Shown here: piece by piece, positions 50,291 to 63,300 of the stretch
How the letters are laid out: each line of letters starts with the position of its first letter
How positions within the stretch are numbered: position 1 is the first letter of the stretch
NCBI RefSeq assembly: GCF_963921235.1
Contig: NC_086108.1
Span: forward strand, 117,802,001-117,866,000
DNA: 64,000 nucleotides
Source: Mobula hypostoma
Taxonomy: Eukaryota
Reading direction: 5' to 3'
Position numbers and translations under genes: made by a program
Notes under the pieces: model-generated
Seen by the model: the letters and a program-made list of their open reading frames with translations, nothing else
Told to the model about the DNA's origin: nothing
Databases searched by the model: none

Positions 50291-53200
50291 GGTGCTGAAA
50301 AGAGAATTCTGAGAGCTAGGTATAAAGCTGAGAAGCATGACCTCCCGAGTAGCAATTTCTGGATTTTTTCCTGTGCCATGCGCCAGTGAGGGTAGAAACA
50401 GGATGACTTGGCAGATAAATGCGTGGCTGAGAAGCTGGTGCAGGGGGCAGGGCTTCAGGTTCTTGGATCATTAGGATCTCTTCCAGGGGAGGTATGACCT
50501 GTTCAAAAGAGACAGGTTGCACCTGAACCCGAGGGGGACCAATATTCTCGCGGGCAGATTTGTTAGAGCTGTTGGGGAGGGTTTCAACTAAATTGGCAGG
50601 GAGCTGGGAACTGGAGTGAAGGGACTCAGGAAAGGCCGGTTGGTAAAAAAGTAAAGATAGCAAGCAGTCAGATTTTTGAGAAGGGCAGGTAGCTTATAGG
50701 ACTTAGGTGCAGCCAACAGGCTGAGTATTGAATCATTAGGGATACAGAATCAGAAAGGATAACAACTATGGTACTCAAGGTGTTGTATCTAAATGCACAT
50801 AGAAACATAGAAAATAGGTGCAGGAGTAGGCCATTTGGCCCTTTGAGCCTGCACGACCATTCAGTATTATCATGGCTGATCATCCAATTCAGAACCCTGT
50901 ACCTGCCTTCCCTCCATACCCCCGATCCCTTTAGCCACAAGGGCCATAGCTAACTCCCTCTTAAATATAGCCAATGACCTGGCCTCAACTGGTTCCTGTG
51001 GCAGAGAATTCCACAGATTCACCACTCTCTGTGTGAAGAGTTTTTGCTCATCTCGGTCCTAAAAGGCTTCTCCTTTATCCTTAAACTGTGACCCCTCGTT
51101 CTAAACTTCCCCAACATCGGGAACAGTCTTCCTGCATCTAGCCTGTCCAATCCCTTTAGAATTTTATACGTTTCAATAAGATCCCCCCTCAATCTTCAAA
51201 ATTCCAGCGAGTATCAGCCTAGTTGATCCAGTCTTTCATCATATGAAAGTCCTGCCATCCCAGGAATCAATCCAGTGAACCTTCTTTATACTCCCTCTAT
51301 GGCAAGAATGTCTTTCCTCAGATTAGGGGACTAAAACTGCACACAATACTCCAGGTGTGGTCTCACCAAGGCCTTGTACAACTGCAGTAGTACCTCCCTG
51401 CTCCTGTACTCGAATCCTCTCGCTATAATGCCAGCATACCATTCGCCTTTTTCACCCCCTGCTGTACCAGCATGCCCACTTTCAATGACTGGTGTACAAT
51501 GACACCCAGGTCTCGTTGCACCTCCCCTTTTCCTAATCAGCCACCATTCAGATAATAATCTGTTTTCCTGTTTTTGCTACCAAAGTGGATAACCTCACAT
51601 TTATCCACATTAAATTGCATCTGCCATGAATTTGTTCACTCACCTAAACTATCCAAGTCACCCTGCATCCTCTTAGCATCCTCCTCACAGCTAACACTGC
51701 GGCCCAGGTTCGTGTCATCTGCAAACTTGGAGATGCTGCATTTAATCCCCTCGTCTAAGTCATTAATATATATTGCAAACAACTGGGGTCCCAGCATTGA
51801 GCCTTGCGGTACCCCACTAGTCACTGCCTGCCATTCTGAAAAGGTCCTGTTTATTCCCACTCTTTGCTTCCCGTCTGCCAACCAATTCTCTATCCACATC
51901 AATACCATACCCCCAATACCGTGTGCTTTAAGTTTGCACACTAATCTCCTGTGTGGGACCTTGTCAAAAGCCTTTTGAAAATCCAAATATATCACATCCA
52001 CTGGTTCTCCCCTATCCACTATACTAGTTACATCCTCAAAAAATTCTATGAGATTCGTCAGACATGATTTTCCTTTCACAAATCCATGCTGACTTTGTCC
52101 GATGATTTCACTGCTTTCCAAATGTGCTGTTATCACATCTTTGATAACTGACTCTAGCATTTTCCCCACCACTGCTGTTAGGCTAACCGGTCTATAATTC
52201 CCTGGTTTCTCTCTCCCTCCTTTTTTAAAAAGCGGGGTTACATTAGCCACCCTCCAATCCTCAGGAACTAGTCCAGAATCTAAAGAGTTTTGAAAAATTA
52301 TCACTAATGCATCCACTATTTCTTGGGCTACTTCCTTAAGCACTCTAGGATGCAGACCATCTGGCCCTGGGGATTTATCTGCTTTTAATCCCTTCAATTT
52401 ACCTAACACCACTATTTCCAGAAGATTATTTATGTCCTCCTTAGTGAAGACAGAACCAAAGTAATTATTCAATTGGTCTGCCATGTCCTTGTTCCCCATG
52501 ATCAATTCACCTGTTTCTGACTGTAAGGGACCTACATTTGTCTTAACCAATCTTTTTCTTTTCACATATCTATAAAAGCTTTTACAGTCAGTTTTTGTTT
52601 CCTGCCAGTCTTCTCTCATAATCTTTTTTCCCTTTCCTAATTAAGCCCTTTGTCCTCCTCTGCTGGAGTTTGAATTTCTCCCAGTCTTCGGATGTGCCGC
52701 TTTTTCTGGCTAATTTGTATGTTTCTTATTTGGAATTGATACCATCCCTAATTTCCCTTGTCAGCCACGGGTGCACTACCTTCCGTGGTTTATTCTTTTG
52801 CCAAACTGGCATGAACAATTGTTGTAGTTCATCCATGCGATCTTTAAATGCTTGCCATTGCATATCCACTGTCAACCCTTTAAGTATCATTTGTCAGTCT
52901 ATCTTAGCTAATTCATGTCTCATTCCTTCAAATTTACCCTTCTTTAAGTTCAGAACCTTTGTTTCTGAATTAACTATGTCACTCTCCATCTTAATGAAGA
53001 ATTCCACCATAGTATGGTCACTCTTACCCAAGGGGCCTCTCACAACAAGATTGCTAATTAACCCTTCCTCATTGCTCAATACCCAGTCTAGAGTGGCCTG
53101 CTCTCTGGTTGGTTCCTCGACATGTTGGTTCAGAAAACCATCCCACATACATTCCAAGAAATCCTCTTCCTCAGCACCCTTACCAATTTGGTTCACCCAA

Positions 53201-56045
53201 TCTATATGTAGATTGAAGTCACCCATTATAACTGCTGTTCCTTTATTGCATGCATTTCTAATTTCCTGTTTAATGCCATCCCAAACCTCACTACTACTGT
53301 TAGGTGGCCTGTGTGCAACTCCCACCAGCGTTTTCTGCCCCTTAGTGTTATGCAGCTCTACCCATATCGATTCCACATCCTCCCGGCAGGTAGTAAAAGA
53401 AATAAGGTGGATGATCTTGTTGCAATATTACATTTTGCCAGGTATGACATTGTGACCATCACTGAATCGTGGCTGAAGGATGGTTGTAGTTGGGAGCTGA
53501 ATGTTCAAGGTTACACATTATATCAGAGGGATAGGAAGGCAGGCAGAGGGGGTGGTGTGGCTCTACTGGTAAAGAATGGCATCAAATCAGTAGAAAGATG
53601 TGACATAGGATCAGAAGATATTGAATCCTTGTGGGCTGAATTAAGAAACTGCAAGGGTAAAAGGACATTGATGGCAGTTATATACAGGTCCCCCAACAGT
53701 TGCTGGGAGGTTGTCCATACGTTACAATAGGAAATAGAAAAGGTGAGTCAAAAGGGCAATGTTATGGTAGTCATGGGAGATCTTAACATGCAGGTAGATT
53801 GAGAAAATCAAGTTGGTAATGGATCTCAAAGGAGAGAGTTTTTTAGAGCAGTTTGTCGTTGAGCCTATTAGGGGATCAGCTATACGGGATTGGGTGTTAT
53901 GTAATGAATCGGAGGTGATTAGAAAGTTTAAGGTAAAAGAACTCTTAAAACCCAGTGATCACAATATGATTGTGTTCAACTTTAATTTTGACAAGGAGAA
54001 AGTAAAGTCTGATGTAGCAGTATTTCAGTGGAGTAAGGGAAATTAAAGTGGTGGGAAAGGAATTGGCCAAAGTAAATTGGAAGGAGCTGCTGGCTGGGAT
54101 GTCAGCAGAGCAGCAATGGTGTGTGTTTCTGGGAAAAATGAGGAAGGTGCACGACATGTGTATTCCAAAAATGAAGAAATACTCAAATGATAAAAATAGT
54201 ACAACCATGGGTGACAAGGGAAGTCAAAGCTACTGTAAAAGCAAAAGAAAGGGCATTCAGCAAAGCAAAAATTAGTGGGAAGAAAGAGGATTGGGAAGAT
54301 TTTAAAAGCCTACAGAGAGTAACTAAAAAAATCATTAGAAAGTAAAAGAAGAAATATGAAAGCCAGCTAGCATTTAATATCAAAATCGATAGTAAAAGTT
54401 TTATAAAGTATATTAAAAATAAAAGAGAAATGAAAGTGGGTATAGGACCACTAGAAGATGAGGCAAGAGAAATAATAAGAGGACAAGGAGATAGTTGATA
54501 AACTAAATGAGTATTTTGCATCAGTCTTCACTGTGGGAGACACTAGCGGTATGCCTGATGTTGTAGTGTGTCAAGGAAGAGAAGTGGGTGCAGTTACTGT
54601 TACAAAGGAGAATTTACTCAAATATCTGAAAAACCTAAAGGTACATAAGTCACCTTGACCAGATGGGTTCTGAAAGAGGTAGCATTAGAGATTGCGGTGG
54701 TATAAGAAATGATCTTTCAAAAATCATTGGACTCTGGCATGATGCCAGAGGACTGGAAAATTGCAAATGTTACTCCATTCTTTAAGAAAGGAGGAAGGCA
54801 GCAGAAATGAAATTATAGACCAGTTAGCCTGATCTCTGTGGTTGAGAAGATGTTGGGAAGATGTTGGAGTTAATTGTTAAGGATGAAGTGATGGAGTACT
54901 TGGTGATACAGGACAAGATATGACAACGTTATCATAGTTTCCTTTAGGGAAAGTCTTGCCTGATGAGCCTGTTGGATTTCGTTGATGAGATTACAAGTAG
55001 GATAGATAAAGGGATGCAGTGGATGTTGTATATTTTGACTTTCAGAAGGCCTTTGACAAGGTGCCACACATGAGGCTGCTTTCCAAGTTAAGATTGCATG
55101 GTATTACAAGAAAGTTATTAACATGCTTAGAGCATTGGCTGATTAGCATTGTAGGAGCATTGTAGGAGGCAGTGAGTGGCAATAAGAGGATCCTTGTCTG
55201 GTTGGCTGCCAGTGACTAGTGATGTTCTGCAGGGGTCAGTGTTGGACCGCTTTTTTTTATGCTGTGTATCAATCTTGATTTAGATGATGGAATAAATGGC
55301 TTTGTTGCCAAGTTTGTGGATGATAATGAAGATGGGTGGAGGGGCAGGTAGTATTGAGGAAACAGGAAGACTGCAGAAGTACTTTGACAAATTAGGAGAA
55401 TGGGCAAGAAAGTGACAAATGAAATTCAGTGTTGGAAAATTACTGGTTAATCACTTTGGTAGTAGAAACAAATGTGTAGATTATTTTCTCCTTGTGTATT
55501 GTGAATAGTTTTGGGCTCCTCATCTGAGAAAAGATGTGCTTGCATTGGAGAAGGTCCAGAGGCGTTTCACAAGCATGATTCTGGGAATGAAAGGGTTATC
55601 ATATGAGGAACATTTGATGTCTCTGGATCTGCACTCACTGGAATTTAGAAGGATGAGGGGGGGATCTCAGTGAAACCTTTCAAATGTGAAAGGCCTAGAC
55701 AGAGTTGATGTGGAAAGGATGTTTCCCATGGTGGGGGAGCCTAGGACAAGAGGGCACAGCCTCAGAATAGAGGGGTATCTATTTAAGATAGAGATACGGA
55801 GAAATTTCTTTTTCCAGATGATGGTGAGTTTGTGAAATTTATTACCACAGAGCTGTGGAGACCAGGTCATTGGGTGTTTTAAGGTAGAGGTTGTTAGGTT
55901 CTTGAATGGACATGTCAACAAGGGCTATGGGAAGAAAGCCAGGAACTGGGGTTGAGGGAGGAAAGAAGGATCAGCCATGATTGAATAACAGAGCAGACTC
56001 GATGGGCCAAATGGCCTGATTCTGCTCCTATGTCTTATCATCTAA
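50290..56045 (+). mobile_element. Old CR1 (ORF1 end, ORF2 remnants, 3'UTR) hosting an antisense CR1 at 50799-53386
   Basis: LKVLYLNAH before the insertion and KRNKVDDL after it. 3' tail near 56035. Confidence 0.8.
50799..53386 (-). mobile_element. 5'-truncated CR1, same subfamily as 33773-35554
   Basis: Near-identical 3'UTR and RT text. Extends into the endonuclease (ESIWVEL, GDFN, SDH). Confidence 0.92.
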
Positions 56046-56099
56046 TTCCCTTTATTCCATACTTATTCTGATACATGTGACTTATGCTTCTCCCTCTCA

Positions 56100-58480
56100 A
56101 AAAGCTCTGCCGAACATGTCCTTACCTTAGAAATTACCTATTTTTCTGCGCTCCATGTTCCTGTCCAGGAGTCTCTTAAAAGACCCTATCGATCCTCCTT
56201 CACCACCGTCGCCGGCAGCCCATTCTACACACCCACCAATCTCTGTGTAAAAAAACCTCCCCCTGACATCTCTTGTATACCTACTTCCAAGCACCTTAAA
56301 ACTGTGTCCTCTCGTGCTAGGCATCTCAGCCCTGGGAAAAAGCCTCTGATATTCCAACGATCAGTACCTCTCATCAACTTATACACTTCTATCAGGTCAC
56401 CTCTCATCCTCCGTCACTCCAAGGAAAAAAGGCCAAGTTCACTCAACCTATTCTCATAAGGCATACTCCCCAATCCAGGCAACATCCTTGTAAATCTCCA
56501 TTACACCCTTTCAATGGTTTCCACATTCTTCCTACCTCCTAAAGGTTCCTTTATATTAATCTCCCTGATAAGATCTGCACAAGCTGCTCTAAAAGGTCAT
56601 ATCATAAGCCTTCAACAAATTCCCTCTCTTGCAAACTGACACCAACCTCATATTCCCAATTCCCTTGCTTATTAAAGTCCCCCATTACAATTGTGTCATT
56701 ACCCTTATTACATGCCTTTTCCAACCTCCTTTGCAATCTCAACCGTATATCTTGGCCACTACTTGGAGGCCTATGTATGAGTCCCATAATGTTTTTTTTT
56801 ACCTTTGCAGTTTCTTAACTCTGCCCACAAAGATTCAACATTCTCTTACCTCTTTCTAAAGATGTAATTCCATTTCTAGCCAACAGAGCCACACCAGCGC
56901 CTATGCCATTCTGCCTGTTCTTTCAATACAAAGTATATCCTTTGATGTTCAGCTCCCAATTACAGCTTTCTTTCAGCCATGAATTAGTGATGCCCACAAC
57001 GTCACAATGACCAGTCTCTGATTGTGGCACGAGTTCATCCACCTTATCCTGAATGCTATACGCATTTAATTACAGTACCTTCATTCCAGCATTCTTCGCA
57101 CTTATGAATTTTGCCTCTGTGGTACAATTTGCCTCTTTGTTCTATCTGCGTTGTACCCAATCATTGGTTTGCCCTTCCTTACATTCGTGTTACACACTTC
57201 ATATACTTGTAAGCCTGCTGGCTCATCCTCAGCTCTATTATCCTGATTCCTATCCCCTTGCCATATTAGTTTAAACTACTCCTAACAGCACTAGTAAACC
57301 TGCCCTCAATCTGAGTCCCCCTTGGAGTTCAAGTGCAACCCATCTCTTTTGTACAGGTCACACCTGCCCCAGATGAGGTCCCAAATATCCTGAAATCTGA
57401 ATCCCTGCCCCCTGCTCCAATTCTTCAGCCTAGTATTTATCTGCCACCTCAGCCTACTCCTATTCTCACTGTCACGCGGCCCAGGCAACAAACCCCACAT
57501 TACTACCCTTGAGATCCTGCTTCTCAACTTCCTTCCTAACACTCTGTATTCTTTTTTCAGGAACTCCCTTTTTCTACCTATGTAGTTAACACCAATATGT
57601 ACCACAACTTCTGGCTGCTCACCCTCCCTTTTCAAGATATTGTGGATGCGTTCAGAAATATCACAGAACCTCGCACCTGGGAGGCAAACTGCAATTCGTG
57701 TTTCTTTTTCATATCCACAATCAGTTACCTGTCATCGTGACAACAGAGTCCCCTATTATTGCTACTCTCCTCTTCAGCTCCCTACTGGGCCAGACTCAGT
57801 GCCAGAGGACTGAGTCACGTAGATCGTTCACCACCCCCCCCCCCCACCAACCAACAGTACTCAAAATGGAGTATTTATTGTTGAGAGGGACGGCCACAGG
57901 GGTGCTCTCCATTATCTGATGTTCTCCCTTCTCTCTCCTGACAGTCACCTATGTATCTGTCTCCTGTAGCCTTGGGGTGACTACCTCCCTGTAGCTCCTG
58001 TCTATCACCTCTTCACTTTCCCTAACAAGCCAAACGTCATCAAGCTGCAGCTCCAGTTTCCTAACCTGGTGCAGGTGTGGCCGTCGGGACGCCCAGAACA
58101 ACACTGGCTCTGTAGACATACCCCAATTCTCTCAAGAATTGAATAAGGAAGTAAGATATAAAGAATAAACTCACCTATTTACCTTTCCTCCACCTGTTCT
58201 CACTGAAGCCCTCTTGATCCAAAGCCTTATTACTCTTCCTCAGGCTACTCTGACAACAACTGCTCCCACAATGACCACTCAGCTAGATGGTACCCTTTTT
58301 TATAGAGACTGGGGTTTTTAAAGCTCCCTGCCGGACCTGTGTGGGAATGTTTCTATTGTGTGTGCACAGTACTCCAATCAACAACTCCCATCGAAAAACT
58401 TCCTGCTTTAAAGCTCTTCACCAGACCTGCATGGGAGCACTTCTGTTGCATCTGCGCAGTACTCCGATCAATATGACGGT
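56100..58480 (-). mobile_element. Antisense CR1 pieces: a 3' end (56100-56535) and a 5' half with 5'UTR, ORF1 and EN start (56540-58480)
   Basis: EGEQPEVVVHIG..DGLHLN and MGDFN on the minus strand. Confidence 0.8.
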
Positions 58481-58789
58481 TAATAATAATTAGTTACTTA
58501 GCCAATCACCTATTAACTAATAATTAGCTGACTTACCTCTTTTAAATTCCTGTAAAATGAACCAAATGGGTCCTGACAACCACCTCTTTTAAGCACAGGC
58601 TGTAGTCACTCTTCTCAGAATATTCACCCACTCTCAGATCTGTCATTTGGCCTGGCTTATTTTTCAGAACCGGGTCCAGTATGTTTTCTCCTCTTGTTAG
58701 ACTTTCCTCACACAGTTTCAAGAACTGTAGTTCAAAGTAAATTTATTGTCGAAGTACATATGTCAGCATATACTACTCTGAGTTTCATT

Positions 58790-59485
58790 TTTAAGTCATC
58801 AAGTCGCTTTTTATTGTCATTTCAACCATAACTGCTGGTACAGTACACAGTAAAAATGAGACGTTTTTTCAGGACTATGGTGCTGCATGAAACAATACAA
58901 AAACTACACTGAACTACGTAAAACAGCACAAAAACTACACTAGACTACAGACCTACTCAGGACTGCATAAAGTGCACATAACAGTGCAGGCATTACAATA
59001 AATAATAAACAAGACAATAGGCACAGTAGAGGGCAGTAGGTTGGTGTCAGTCCAGGCTCTGGGTATTGAGGAGTCTGATGGCTTGGGGGAAGAAACTGTT
59101 ACATAGTCTGGTCGTGAGAGCCCGAATGCTTCGATGCCTTTTGCCAGATGGCAGGAGGGAGAAGAGTTTGTATGAGGGGTATGTGGGGTCCTTCATAATG
59201 CTGTTTGCTTTACGGATGCAGCGTGTGGTATAAATGTCTCTAATGGTGGGAAGAGAGACCCCGATGATCTTCTCAGCTGACCTCACTATCCGCTGCAGGG
59301 TCTTGCGATCCGAGATGGTGCAATTTCCGAACCAGGCAGTGATGCAGCTGCTCAGGATGCTCTCAATACAACCGCTGTAGAATGTGGTGAGGATGGGGGG
59401 GTGGGAGATGGACTTTTCTCAGCCTTCACAGAAAGTAGATACGCTGCTGGGCTTTCTTTGCTATGGAGCTGGTGTTGAGGGACCA
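58790..59485 (-). mobile_element. Rex1/Babar-like LINE 3' end
   Basis: RSAEKIIGVSLP...LFSLLPSGKR.RSI...SFFPQAIRLLN followed by an AT-rich 3'UTR. Confidence 0.8.
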
Positions 59486-59592
59486 AGTAATATTCACAGT
59501 AAATACAAAGAAACTATTGAATCAATGAAAAATTACACACAAAGATGGACAAGCAACCAATAGGAAAACACAACAAATTGTGTAAGTAGAAA

Positions 59593-60220
59593 TGAAACGC
59601 CCTGGTTTCCTTGGCTGCATAAGTTTAGGGAAGACAGCGCCGCCAAACTTGTGAGATTGAGATGTCACGCCACCCCAAATGCCTTTTTTGTGTGGATACT
59701 TTGTAATTCGCTACCCTGTTACAAAATATAGTGCCACGAAATCACAGACAGTACACCGTATATGATTAAAAGATACATCTTTATAATTTTTAATTTGACT
59801 AAAGGGTTAGTAGAGAAAGAATAAAAATAAGGCCCATTTTAATGAAACAGTCTAACGTGTACTGAGGAACTCACAGTTTCCCCAATATCTGAACCTTAAT
59901 TGATCTCACCCCGGGCTTCATCGAATCACGGTTCTGCTCTGGGTCGAATCCTATGACCTCTTCCCTCTGGTATCTTCCCTCTTCAACTCCTCTCGAAGAA
60001 AAAAAAACCCAAGCCAACCTTAGCGACCCTCACTAGAGAAACCTCCCCTTCAATTCGACCATCCTAACTGGATGACACACATTTCTCCTCATCTCTTATC
60101 TTCAGCAATAACCCAAACATAAGCTGAAAATAAACCTGTCTCACAGAACTGCCAAATAAAATACAGAACAAAGTGAAATACATACAGCATAACAGTAAAA
60201 ATATGAGCCAGGGCATTACA
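59593..60220. mobile_element. Solo-LTR-like repeat
   Basis: Imperfect inverted termini tgaaacgccctgg...ccagggcattaca (TG..CA). Motifs cgccaaact, tgtgtggat, cagacagtaca, agggttagta and aacccaaacat occur in the same order as in 23940-24528. Confidence 0.6.
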
Positions 60221-60349
60221 CAAAAAAGAAAAAAACCTAAAGAATAATAAATAAGTAATAAATATTAAGAATGTGTAAACAAGTCCATAGGTTTTGGAAT
60301 AATTTCAGTGTTGGGATGAGTGAAGTTATTCACTTTGGTTCACTTATTC

Positions 60350-63300
60350 ACTTTGGATGTGGGAAGTCAGGGAGCCCTCCGGTGTCCCTGACAACGACAC
60401 CTGCAAGAAGTGCATCCAGCTGTAGCTCCTGACAAACCGCGTTAGGGAACTGGAGCAGGAGCTGGATGACCTGCGGATCATTCGGGAGAATGAGGAGATT
60501 ATAGATAGTAGCTACAGAGAGGTAGTTACGTCAAAGGAGCAGAGGACAGGAAATTGGGTCACTGTCAGGCGAGGGAAGAGGAAAGGGCAGGCAGAGCAGG
60601 GTTCCCCTGTGGCCATTCCCCTCAACAACAAGTATACCGCATTGGATACTGTTGGGGGGGATGACTTATCTGGGACTAGCTGCAGTAGCCGGATCTCTGG
60701 CACTGAGTCTGGCTCTGCAGTGCAGAAGGGAGGGGGGAAAAAGAGGAGAGCGGTAGTGATAGGGGATTCGATAGTTAGAGGTGCAGATAGAAGGTTCTGT
60801 GGTCGTGACAGAGAATCCATGATGGTTTGTTGCCTCCCAGGTGCCAGGGTCAAGGATGTCTCTGATCGATTGCATGACATTCTGAAGTGGGAGGGTGACC
60901 AGCCCGATGTCATGGTGCACATTGGTACCAATGACATAGCAAGGAAGTGTGAGGAGGTCCTGGACAGTGAGTATAGAGAGCTTGGTAGGAAGTTGAAAAG
61001 CAGGACCTCGAGGGTGGTAATCTCATGATTGCTACCTGTGCTAGGTGCCAGTGAGGGTAGGAATAGGATGCTCTGGAGGAGGAACAAGTGGCTGAGGAAC
61101 TGCTGTAGGGGGCAGGGTTTCAGATTTCAGGATCATTGGGACCTCTTCTGGGGCAGGTGGGACCTGTACAAGAGAGACGGGTTACACTTGAACTACAGGG
61201 GGACCAATATCCTTTCAGGGAGGTTTGTTAGTGCTATTGGGGAGGCTTTAAACTAGATTTGCAGGGGGATGGGAACCAGAGTGCCAGAGCTGACAGTGTG
61301 GCTGGGGTGAAAATAAATGATGTTGAATGTTTAAGCAAATCCGCTGACAGAAAGGTTGTGAATGGTGGTAAAAATCTTCTGAGGTGTATATATTTCAATG
61401 CTAGGAGTATTGCGGGGAAGGCGGATGAGTTGAGGGCGTGGATTGACACGTGGAATTATGATGTTGTAGCAATTAGTGAAACTTGGCTACAGGAGGGGCA
61501 GGACTGGCAGCTTAATATTCCAGGGTTCCGATGTTTCAGATGTGATCGAGGCAGAGGAATGAAAGGTGGGGGAGTAGCATTGCTTGTTAGGGAAAATATT
61601 ACAGCAGTGCTCAGGCCGGACAGATTAGAGGGCTTGTCTACTGAGTCCTTATGGGTGGAGCTGAGAAACAGGAAAGGTATGGCCACATTAGTGGGATTGT
61701 ATTACAGACCACCCAATAGTCAACGAGACTTGGAAGAGCAAATCTGCAGAGAGATAGCAGGCAACTGCAGGAAACATAAAGTTGTGGTGGTAGGGTATTT
61801 TAATTTTCCATACATTGATTGGGACTCCCATACTGTTAGGGGTCTAGATGGTTTAGAGTTTGTAAAATGTGTTCAGGAAAGTTTTCTAAATCAATATATA
61901 GAGGGACCAACTGGAGGGGATGCAATATTGGATCTCCTGTTAGGAAACAAACTAGGGCAAGTGACGGAAGTCTGTGTAGGGGAGCATTTTGGTTCCAGTG
62001 ATCATAACACCATTAGTTTCAATTTGATCATGGACAAGGATAGATCTGGTCCTAGGGTTGAGGTTCTGAACTGGAAGAAGGCCAAATTTGAAGAAATGAG
62101 AAAGGATCTAAAAAGCGTGGATTGGGACAGGTTGTTCTCTGGCAAAGATGTGATTGGTAGGTGGGAAGCCTTCAAAGGGGAAATTTTGAGAGTGCAGAGT
62201 TTGTATGTTCCTGTCAGGATTAAAGGCAAATTGAATAGGAATAAGGAACCTTGGTTCTCAAGGGATATTGCAACTCTGATAAAGAAGAAGAGGGAATTGT
62301 ATGAAATGTATAGGAAACAGGGGGTAAATCAGGTGCTTGAGGAGTATAAGAAGTGCAAGAAAATACTTAAGAAAGAAAACAGGAGGGCTAAAAGAAGACA
62401 TGAGGTTGCCTTGGCAGTCAAAGTGAAGGAGAATCCAAAGAGCTTTTACAAGTATATTAAGAGCAAAAGGATTGCAAGGGATAAAATTAGTCCTCTTGAA
62501 GATCAGAGTGGTCGGCTTTGTGCGGAACCAAAGGAAATGGGGGAGATCTTAAATAGGTTTTTTGCGTCTGTATTTACTAAGGAAGCTGGCATGAAATCTA
62601 TGGAATTGAGGGAATCAAGTAGTGAGACCATGGAAACTGTACAGATTGAAAAGGAGGAGGTGCTTGCTGTCTTGAGGAAAATTAAAGTGGATAAATCCCC
62701 AGGACCTGACAGAGTGTTCCCTCGGACCTTGAAGGAGACTAGTGTTGAAATTGCGGGGGCCCTGGCAGAAATATTTAAAATGTCGCTGTCTACGGGTGAA
62801 GTGCCGGCGGATTGAAGAATGGCTCATGTTGTTCCGTTGTTTAAAAAAGGATCGAAAAGTAATCCGGGAAATTATAGGCTGGTGAGTTTAACGTCAGTAG
62901 TAGGTAAGTTATTGGAGGGAGTACTAAGAGACAGAATCTACAAGCAAACAACAGGAATTCTGCAGATGCTGGAAATTCAAGCAACACACATCAAAGTTGC
63001 TGGTGAACGCAGCAGGCCAGGCAGCATCTATAGGAAGAGGCGCAGTCGACGTTTCAGGCTGAGACCCTTCATCAGGACAGAATCTACAAGCATTTGGATA
63101 GACAGGGGCTTATTAGGGAGAGTCAACATGGCTTTGTGCGTGGTAGGTCATGTTTGACCAATCTGTTGGAGTTTTTCGAGGAGGTTACCAGGAAAGTGGA
63201 TGAAGGGAAGGCAGTGGATATTGTCTACATGGACTTCAGTAAGGCCTTTGACAAGGTCCCACATGGGAGGTTAGTTAGGAAAATTCAGTCACTAGGTATA

